Assembly: GCA_037445775.1 (NCBI GenBank)
Contig: JBBIJX010000003.1
Span: 3,315-67,314 of the forward strand
Reading direction: 5' to 3'
DNA: 64,000 bases
Origin: Actinomycetota bacterium
GTDB lineage: Bacteria; Actinomycetota; Coriobacteriia; Anaerosomatales; PHET01
The translations under genes were made by a program, and so were the position numbers. Below are positions 1 through 6,052 of the stretch, piece after piece; the stretch's first letter is position 1, and every line of letters begins with the position of its first letter. Below the pieces are notes generated by a model. It saw only the letters and a list, made by a program, of their open reading frames with translations. It was not told where the DNA came from and did no database searches.

Positions 1-584
1 GTGTTCCCGATCCCCATCTCGCCGGTGCCGACGAGGGTGTAACCGCGTTCGGCAAGCTCTCGCGCGGCCTCGACACCCACGAGCACCGCCTGTGCGCACT
101 CCTCGCGCGTCATCGCAGGGCCCGCCGCCATGTTCGCCGTGCCGGACGCGACCTTCTTCACGATGACGCCCTCGATGTGCGAGACGTCGCTCGCCACGCC
201 CACGTCGTAGACGAAGACCTCGGCGCCTGCGGACGCCGCGATCTGGTTGATGGCGGCGCCGCCCGCCGCGAAGTTCGCGACCATCTGCCACGTCACGTCC
301 TGCGGGTACGGCGACACGCCCTCGGCGACCACCCCGTGATCGCCCGCAGCGATGATGACGGCCTTGCGCTCCACGGCGGGGTGCGTCGTGCGCTGGATGC
401 GCGCCACGCGCGCGGCGATCTCCTCGAGGCGCCCCAGCGAGCGGGGCGGCTTCGTGAGCGAGTCGAGCCGCTCCCATGCGGCGGCCTCGAACGCGGCATC
501 GGTCGGCCTGACAGCCGCGATCACTTCTCCGAGCTGGGTTTCGTAGGATACGGGCGTGTCGGTCACAGGAATCCTCTCGGCCAT
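1..584 (-). CDS. cobT: Nicotinate-nucleotide--dimethylbenzimidazole phosphoribosyltransferase CobT, N-terminal part (gene runs off the left edge)
   Basis: Not in ORF track because it is edge-truncated. My own minus-strand translation from ATG 584-582 gives MAERIPVTDTPVSYETQLGEVIAAVRPTDAAFEAAAWERLDSLTKPPRSLGRLEEIAARVARIQ...IIAAGDHGVVAEGVSPYPQDVTWQMVANFAAGGAAIN. LTKPxxSLGRLE and AGDHGV are CobT hallmarks. Confidence 0.8.
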   Translation of the reverse strand, partial: MAERIPVTDTPVSYETQLGEVIAAVRPTDAAFEAAAWERLDSLTKPPRSLGRLEEIAARVARIQRTTHPAVERKAVIIAAGDHGVVAEGVSPYPQDVTWQMVANFAAGGAAINQIAASAGAEVFVYDVGVASDVSHIEGVIVKKVASGTANMAAGPAMTREECAQAVLVGVEAARELAERGYTLVGTGEMGIGN

Positions 585-680
585 CTGGGCGGAGAGTTCA
601 CATTACCGCACGCGACTCGCAAGATGCGGATCAAGTTAGTAGTGCGCGTCACGGTGATGCAGTCGATGGGAGAACAGAAC

Positions 681-1064
681 TCAGGTCGACCCCCTCTTCG
701 CCCGAAACTCGACGCCTTCCATCCCATCGAAGTGGGCGTCTTGAGTCCAGAGCGTGGCGCTGTGTGCCCGGGTGGTGGCGAGGATGATGGAGTCCGCCAT
801 CGCCAGACCAGTCTCGACCGATAGGCGTGCGGCTTCGAGCGCGAGCTCTGCGGACAAATCCACGACCTGCCCCTGAACCATGGCGCCGATGACGTCCAGC
901 GCAGTGGCCTCCCCTGCAAGCTGATGTGTGCGCTTGAAGACCTCGAACAGGGTCAGCGACGGCACGATGAGCTGCTCAGGCGATTCGATGACTTCTGCAA
1001 ACTCGGGCGCACACGCACCGTCGCCGAAGTACTCAAGCCAGGCCAGGGAGTCGACGACGTTCAC
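681..1064 (-). CDS. vapC: PIN-domain toxin VapC
   Basis: 127 aa ORF with PIN layout: N-terminal VVDS acidic residue, central LxExxK, C-terminal TxD. A 4-bp overlap with the upstream antitoxin ORF indicates a type II TA pair. Confidence 0.8.
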   Translation of the reverse strand: MNVVDSLAWLEYFGDGACAPEFAEVIESPEQLIVPSLTLFEVFKRTHQLAGEATALDVIGAMVQGQVVDLSAELALEAARLSVETGLAMADSIILATTRAHSATLWTQDAHFDGMEGVEFRAKRGST

Positions 1065-1270
1065 ACGCGGTCGCTCTCATCACGATAGGCATTCGTGTCG
1101 AGCCCACGGAGAATCCCTCGGAACTCACTGACCGGGCGAACAGGCAAGAACTCGATGCGTCCGTTGTACGCTATCGCTTGCGCCTTCTGGCCAGGAACAA
1201 GGCGGAGCTGCTCGCGAATCGACTTGGGGATCACGACCTGGTACTTGGGGGAGATGGTGACGGTTTCCAT
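1061..1270 (-). CDS. vapB: AbrB/SpoVT-type antitoxin VapB
   Basis: METVTISPKYQVVIPKSIREQLRL is a SpoVT/AbrB swapped-hairpin motif. I prefer the ATG at 1270 because AGGAGG lies just upstream; the track start at 1285 is the ATG that precedes that SD. The stop overlaps the vapC start. Confidence 0.75.
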   Translation of the reverse strand: METVTISPKYQVVIPKSIREQLRLVPGQKAQAIAYNGRIEFLPVRPVSEFRGILRGLDTNAYRDESDRV

Positions 1271-1289
1271 CGGCAGCCTCCTCATGTCA

Positions 1290-1325
1290 TACGCAAAGTC
1301 TATCGATATGTTTTGCGTATTGCAA
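1290..1325 (-). promoter_or_regulatory. Candidate vapBC promoter with overlapping operator palindrome
   Basis: Minus strand reads TTGCAA (1325-1320), 17 nt spacer, TAGACT (1302-1297). An 8-bp inverted repeat TACGCAAA (1290-1297) / TTTGCGTA (1312-1319) with central ATCGAT spans the spacer and -10. The patch is A/T-rich in a GC-rich genome. Confidence 0.45.
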
Positions 1326-1387
1326 AGCGAGGCGAGGCGCCGACCACGGTTCGGCTGGAGCGGGCTGAGTAGCCCGCGCCCTGCGCG

Positions 1388-1999
1388 TCAGTCTTCGGGC
1401 CAGTGCGCCCGCGCCGGAAGCGCCGTCAGGTCGAGCGCCCGTCCCGCCACGCACAGGTAGGCGCTGTCGGCGGCGGCCGCGAGCCGGGTGTTCGCCCGCC
1501 CCATCACGTCGCGGAAGAGCCGCGCGCTCGCCCACTGCGGCACCACGCCCTCGCCCACCTCGTTCGTGACGACGATGGTCGCGCTGCGCACGCCACAGAG
1601 CGCGCCTACCACCTCGCCCACGCGCCGCTCGACCTCGGCGACGTACGCGGCGTCGAGCGGGCCGTCCACGTCCGTGGCGGGCGCATCACCGTGCAGCTCG
1701 GTCCACACCGCCGCCATGAGCTGCGAGACGCACGTCCCCAGGCAGTCCATGAGCACCGCGTCGTCGCCCCGGAGCACCTCGAGCCACGCCGGGTCGCCAG
1801 CCGCCACTTCCACGACCGCGAAGCCGTCCGGCCGCTCCGCGCGGTGCCGCGCGATGCGTTCGGTCATCTCGGAGTCGGTCTCCTCGCCGAAGACGACTGC
1901 CGTGACGGTGTGCCCTCGCTCGGCCAGATCCGCCGCAAGCCGCGTGGCCATGCGCGACTTGCCGCTGCGCGCGCCACCGGTGAGTACCACGAGTGCCAT
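1388..1999 (-). CDS. cobU: Adenosylcobinamide kinase / adenosylcobinamide-phosphate guanylyltransferase
   Basis: MALVVLTGGARSGKSRMA P-loop at the extreme N-terminus and CobU/CobP-like length. The start overlaps the rluB stop. Confidence 0.8.
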   Translation of the reverse strand: MALVVLTGGARSGKSRMATRLAADLAERGHTVTAVVFGEETDSEMTERIARHRAERPDGFAVVEVAAGDPAWLEVLRGDDAVLMDCLGTCVSQLMAAVWTELHGDAPATDVDGPLDAAYVAEVERRVGEVVGALCGVRSATIVVTNEVGEGVVPQWASARLFRDVMGRANTRLAAAADSAYLCVAGRALDLTALPARAHWPED

Positions 2000-2808
2000 C
2001 AGGCATCTCCCTCCCCATCGCCCACGGCCTCGCGCAGCGCGTCGACCTCGGCCTCGTCGAGCTCGCGGAAGCGTCCCGCGGCGAGCTCTCCCAGCGCCAC
2101 CGGCCCGAAGCTCACGCGCTCGAGCTCGATGACCGGGTGGGCCACGGCCGAGAACATGCGCCGCACCTGGCGCTTGCGCCCCTCGGTGATGGTGATCTCC
2201 ATGAGCGAGCGCGGGCCGATGCGCTCGAGCGTGCGCACCTGCGCGGGTGCGGTGGGCCCGTCGTCGAGTTCGAGACCGCGCGCAAGCGACTTAACGTCGC
2301 AGACGTCGGGGTGGCCGTCCACGAGCGCCCGGTACGTCTTCGGCACCTTCCGGCGCGGGTGCAGGAGGCGGTGCGATAGCTCGCCGTCGGTGGTGAACAG
2401 CAGAAGGCCGGTTGTGTCGAAGTCGAGCCGCCCCACCGGGAAGAGTCCCGGATACTCGTCGACGGGTACGTAGTGCGCGACCGTCATCCGACCTTCCGGG
2501 TCCTTCATCGTCGTCATGACGCTCCGCGGCTTGTTGAGCATGAGGTAGACGGGGCGCTCGGCGATGCTCACAGCCCGCCCGTCGACCTCGACCACGTCGA
2601 CCGCGGGGTCGACCTTCGCCCCCATCTCGCGCACGACGCTGCCGTTCACGCGCACGCGCCCGGCGCTCATGAGGGTCTCGCTGCCGCGGCGCGACGCGAC
2701 ACCTGCGCGCGCGAGGAACTTCTGCAGCCGCATGGGGACCACTCGCTCGCCCGTCTTGGCTGGCGCGCGTCCTGCCTCCCGGCGGTCGCGAGCGTCGCGT
2801 TCGTCCAT
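1999..2808 (-). CDS. rluB: Pseudouridine synthase, RluB/RsuA family (S4 domain plus catalytic domain)
   Basis: MRLQKFLARAGVASRR is an S4 domain and GRLDFDTTGLLLFTTDGEL is the catalytic Asp motif. Start moved to ATG 2808, 5 nt after the scpB stop; the track start at 2892 overlaps scpB. Confidence 0.85.
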   Translation of the reverse strand: MDERDARDRREAGRAPAKTGERVVPMRLQKFLARAGVASRRGSETLMSAGRVRVNGSVVREMGAKVDPAVDVVEVDGRAVSIAERPVYLMLNKPRSVMTTMKDPEGRMTVAHYVPVDEYPGLFPVGRLDFDTTGLLLFTTDGELSHRLLHPRRKVPKTYRALVDGHPDVCDVKSLARGLELDDGPTAPAQVRTLERIGPRSLMEITITEGRKRQVRRMFSAVAHPVIELERVSFGPVALGELAAGRFRELDEAEVDALREAVGDGEGDA

Positions 2809-2812
2809 CGCC

Positions 2813-3436
2813 TCAGTCGACCTCGGCGATCTCGTCTTCGGCTGCGTCGCCATCCACAGGCGAGGGACCCTCACTCGCCCACAGCCGGTCACGGATGGCT
2901 CGTTCGGTCACGCCGTCAGGAGCGAACTCCTCCAAGGGAGGCAGCTCGTCGACGTCGCGCAGACCGAACTTCTCCAGAAACGTCCGGGTCGTCGCGTAGA
3001 GGATCGCGTTGCCCTGGTTCTTGTCGCGGCCCACCTCGCGAACGAGCCCCTTCTCGATGAGCGATGCGATTACGCCCTCGCTGTTCACTCCGCGCACCGC
3101 GTTCACACCCGCGCGCGTGACGGGCTGATGGTAGGCGATGACGGCGAGCGCCTCGAGCGCGGCCTGTGACAAGCGTCGCGTGTCCCACGAGAGCACATAG
3201 CGCTCGATCACGTCGTGGTGAGCAGGGTGCGTGTAGAGCCGCCAGCCGCCGGCGACCTCGCGCAACTGGAAGCCCCGCTCCGCCTCGCGATAGTCCTCGG
3301 AGAGCTCGGCGAGAACACTCTCGACCTCTCCGGGCGCGGCGTCGAGCACGCGGGCAAGACGCGCCGCACTCACCGGCTCGTCGCTGACGAACAGCAGCGC
3401 TTCGACCGCGCCTTTCACGAGCGAATCCGTGCTCAT
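2813..3436 (-). CDS. scpB: Segregation and condensation protein B
   Basis: VEALLFVSDEPVS...L and the winged-helix repeats are typical of ScpB. It overlaps the scpA stop by 4 bp. Confidence 0.9.
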   Translation of the reverse strand: MSTDSLVKGAVEALLFVSDEPVSAARLARVLDAAPGEVESVLAELSEDYREAERGFQLREVAGGWRLYTHPAHHDVIERYVLSWDTRRLSQAALEALAVIAYHQPVTRAGVNAVRGVNSEGVIASLIEKGLVREVGRDKNQGNAILYATTRTFLEKFGLRDVDELPPLEEFAPDGVTERAIRDRLWASEGPSPVDGDAAEDEIAEVD

Positions 3437-4215
3437 CGGTCCGGCTCCTCCTCGATCACGCCGCGCCGGGCGGCCTCAGCTTCGTCGAGATGCATGATGG
3501 TGATGTCGCCGAAGTGCACGTCCTGGACGACATCGACGAGCCCTCGCTTGTAAAGCTCCAGCACGGCGAGCAGAGAGACGACGACGATCTCGGGAGACGC
3601 GTCGGCGCCGATGAGTTCGGAGAACGTCATCACCGAGCGCCTCTCGACCTGGCGCCTCACGCTCTCCGCGTGCAACTCGAGCGGAATGGGCATGCTCGCC
3701 ACGTGTTCGGCTTCCAGCAGGAAGACTTCGCGACGGTACTCCAGGTCCGCGCAGATGAGCGTCAGCGCGTGGAGCGTGAGCCCCTCGAGGTAGTCCGGCA
3801 TGAGACCGAGGAACTGCTGCTCCAGGCCGGCCTGCCGCGGGTGCTGGCGGCCCTCGTTCTCCATGCGCTGCGCGAGTTCGGCGGCGGCGTTCTTGAACTG
3901 CTTGTAGGCGAGCAGGCGTGCGATGAGGATGTCGCGCGCCTCTCCTGGGCTCAAGTCGTCGAGCTCGTCGCCGACGTACACCTCCGGCGTGGGCAGCAGC
4001 GACGCCGCCTTGATCTCAAGCAGTGTGGCGGCGAGCAGTAAGAACTCGCTCGCCACTTCGAGGTCCAGGTCACGCATCCGGTCGATGTGCTCGAGGTATT
4101 GGTCCGTGACCTCGCTCATGTTGATCGCCGCCACGTCGAGCTTCTGGCGGCCCACAAGGTGCAGCAGCAGGTCGAAGGGACCCTCGAACACCTCGGTCTT
4201 GACGGTGTAGCCCAC
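3433..4215 (-). CDS. scpA: Segregation and condensation protein A (kleisin)
   Basis: FEGPFDLLLHLVGRQKLDVAAINMSEVTDQYLEHI is the ScpA N-terminal signature. Confidence 0.9.
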   Translation of the reverse strand: MGYTVKTEVFEGPFDLLLHLVGRQKLDVAAINMSEVTDQYLEHIDRMRDLDLEVASEFLLLAATLLEIKAASLLPTPEVYVGDELDDLSPGEARDILIARLLAYKQFKNAAAELAQRMENEGRQHPRQAGLEQQFLGLMPDYLEGLTLHALTLICADLEYRREVFLLEAEHVASMPIPLELHAESVRRQVERRSVMTFSELIGADASPEIVVVSLLAVLELYKRGLVDVVQDVHFGDITIMHLDEAEAARRGVIEEEPDR

Positions 4216-4227
4216 GGGAGCGCGCCG

Positions 4228-5313
4228 CTAACTATCTTCGGTGTCGAGGAACGACGGATGCGATTCCTCGAGCCCGCCAGCGCCTGAGTCGCAGCGTTCA
4301 ACACCCGCGGTGAGCGCGGTGCGTGGCTCGAGGCCCATGAGTTCGCGACACGTCGCCACGACCTCGCGGGCGACTGGACGCACCTTCGCCGCACCGCCCG
4401 CGAGCACGTCGCGCGCGTAGCCGGGGATCGCGGCGAGCTCGGCGCGCCGCTCGCGGAAGGGCGCTAGGTAGGCCACGAGGTCGTCAGCGAGCTTGCGCTT
4501 GTGCGCGACGCAGCCGCACTCGGCTGTTCGGCAGCAGCGGTCCCATTCGGCGATCTCGTCAGCCGGCGCGATCAGCCCGTGCACCGCGTGCAGCGGGCAG
4601 ATGCCGGGGTCACCAGGGTCGGTCTTGAGCTTGCGGGCGGGATCGGTGAGGAAGGACATGACCTTGGCGCGGATCTCGTCTTCGGAGTCGGAGATGAAGA
4701 TCGCGTTTCCGTAGCTCTTCGACATCTTGCGTCCGTCGGTGCCGGGCACCCGCGCGCCCGCCTCGGGAGTGATGGCCTGCGGTTCGACCAGGAACTCGCC
4801 GTAGGTGTTGTTGAAGCGGCGTACGATCTCGCGCGTGAGCTCGAGGTGCGGCAGCTGGTCCTCTCCCACCGGCACAGCGTCCGCGTGAACGATCGCGATG
4901 TCAGCGGCCTGGAGCGCCGGATACAGGAAGAAGCCCACGTTACCCAGGTCCTTCGTCGTGATCTGGGCGCGCTGCTCCTTGTAGCTCGGGGTACGCTCGA
5001 GCCACGGCATCGGGAGCACCATCGAGAAGAAGAGCATGAGCTCAGCGACCTCGGGCACGTCGGACTGGCGGTAGATCGTGCAGATGTCCGGATCAAGACC
5101 GGCCGCGCACCAGTCGAGCACCATCTCCTCGGTGTACTGCGCGATGCCGCTCGGGTCCGCCCAGTCGCTCGTGAGGGCGTGATAGTCCGCGAGGAAGTAG
5201 TACGCGTCGTAGGCGTGCTGCATCGCGAGCATGTTCTGCAGGTTGCCGAACCAGTGCCCCAGGTGCAGCTTGCCTGTGGGCCTATAGCCAGTCAGAGTGC
5301 GCTTCTTCGTCAC
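4228..5313 (-). CDS. trpS: Tryptophanyl-tRNA synthetase
   Basis: Class I motifs GKLHLGHW (HIGH) and KMSKS. Start set at GTG 5313 (VTKKRTLTGYRPTG), preceded by GAGGGGA. The track start at 5358 adds 15 aa. Confidence 0.9.
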   Translation of the reverse strand: MTKKRTLTGYRPTGKLHLGHWFGNLQNMLAMQHAYDAYYFLADYHALTSDWADPSGIAQYTEEMVLDWCAAGLDPDICTIYRQSDVPEVAELMLFFSMVLPMPWLERTPSYKEQRAQITTKDLGNVGFFLYPALQAADIAIVHADAVPVGEDQLPHLELTREIVRRFNNTYGEFLVEPQAITPEAGARVPGTDGRKMSKSYGNAIFISDSEDEIRAKVMSFLTDPARKLKTDPGDPGICPLHAVHGLIAPADEIAEWDRCCRTAECGCVAHKRKLADDLVAYLAPFRERRAELAAIPGYARDVLAGGAAKVRPVAREVVATCRELMGLEPRTALTAGVERCDSGAGGLEESHPSFLDTEDS

Positions 5314-5392
5314 GCGCGCTGGTCCCCTCGCTGATGTGATGGCGTCGGTGCGATGCATTGTAGCGCAGGGTCCCGCTCGCGCGGCGAGCAGC

Positions 5393-6052
5393 CTAGCCCG
5401 GCGTAAGCAGCGCGAGGAGCGGCTGAACCGTCCAGGCGAAGTACGTCCCGATGGGGTTGAGGTTCGTGAGCGCGGGGATGCCCCAGAGCAGCAACAGCAG
5501 AATACCGAACGAATACTGCTGCAGCCCGTACCAGCGATGCAGCTGGCTGTCCGACAGGAAGAGCGGGATGACGCTCGAGCCGTCCAGCGGCGGGATGGGA
5601 ATCAGGTTGAAGAACATCAGTACAAGGTTCGTCTGCGCGAGCAGGAACCCGACGAGGTAGACCCAGCTCGCAACGTTCGCCCCGACGACGCCGGACGCGA
5701 GGACGGCGCCCCACGCGAGCGCCGAGCCCACCAGCGCGAGGGCGAGGTTGGCGAGCGGACCTGCCACCCCGGTGATCAGATCGCCCATGCGGATGTCCTT
5801 GAAGTAGCGGGGGTTCACCGGCACCGGCTTCGCGTAGCCGAAGATCGCGGCGCCGCTCAACGCCAGCAGGAGCGGCAGAATGACCGTACCGAACGGGTCG
5901 ATGTGCTTGAGGGGGTTGAGAGTGACCCGGCCGGCGTTCTTCGCGGTGGGATCTCCCAGCTTGAGCGCGGCCCAGCCGTGCATGAACTCGTGGAACGCGA
6001 TCGACGGGAGAAGCAGCAGGAGCCAGATGAGCGTCTCGGGGCGAAGGTTCAC
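5393..6052 (-). CDS. Site-2 protease family (peptidase M50) membrane metalloprotease
   Basis: HEFMH zinc motif in a TM helix and NLIPIPPLDGS second motif. Polytopic and hydrophobic. Confidence 0.8.
   Translation of the reverse strand: MNLRPETLIWLLLLLPSIAFHEFMHGWAALKLGDPTAKNAGRVTLNPLKHIDPFGTVILPLLLALSGAAIFGYAKPVPVNPRYFKDIRMGDLITGVAGPLANLALALVGSALAWGAVLASGVVGANVASWVYLVGFLLAQTNLVLMFFNLIPIPPLDGSSVIPLFLSDSQLHRWYGLQQYSFGILLLLLWGIPALTNLNPIGTYFAWTVQPLLALLTPG

Noticed and set aside
585-680. Possible cobalamin riboswitch upstream of cobT
   Set aside because: The 96-nt gap is too short. It also lacks the B12-box (rAGYCMGgAgaCCkGCc-like) sequence.
177-824. 215-aa plus-strand ORF at the left edge
   Set aside because: It lies antisense to an excellent CobT reading frame and has an Arg/Gly/His-rich, low-complexity composition typical of wrong-frame translation in high-GC DNA. 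The real gene is edge-truncated cobT on the minus strand.
681-1387. vapBC as part of a larger mobile element or genomic island
   Set aside because: I could see no transposase, integrase, tRNA attachment site or flanking direct repeats. The flanking genes are ordinary cob genes on the same strand.
1403-2473. 356-aa plus-strand ORF, one of many similar long plus-strand ORFs (e.g. 5297..6265, 7120..8085, 16923..18176, 21527..22651, 38037..39434, 56610..57941, 60482..62215)
   Set aside because: All lie antisense to genes with unmistakable conserved motifs (cobU/rluB, M50 protease, CCA enzyme, nuoL, nuoH, dgt, dnaJ, dus/lepA). Their translations are Arg/Ala/Pro/His-rich with no motifs. These are stop-codon-poor antisense frames expected at this GC content.
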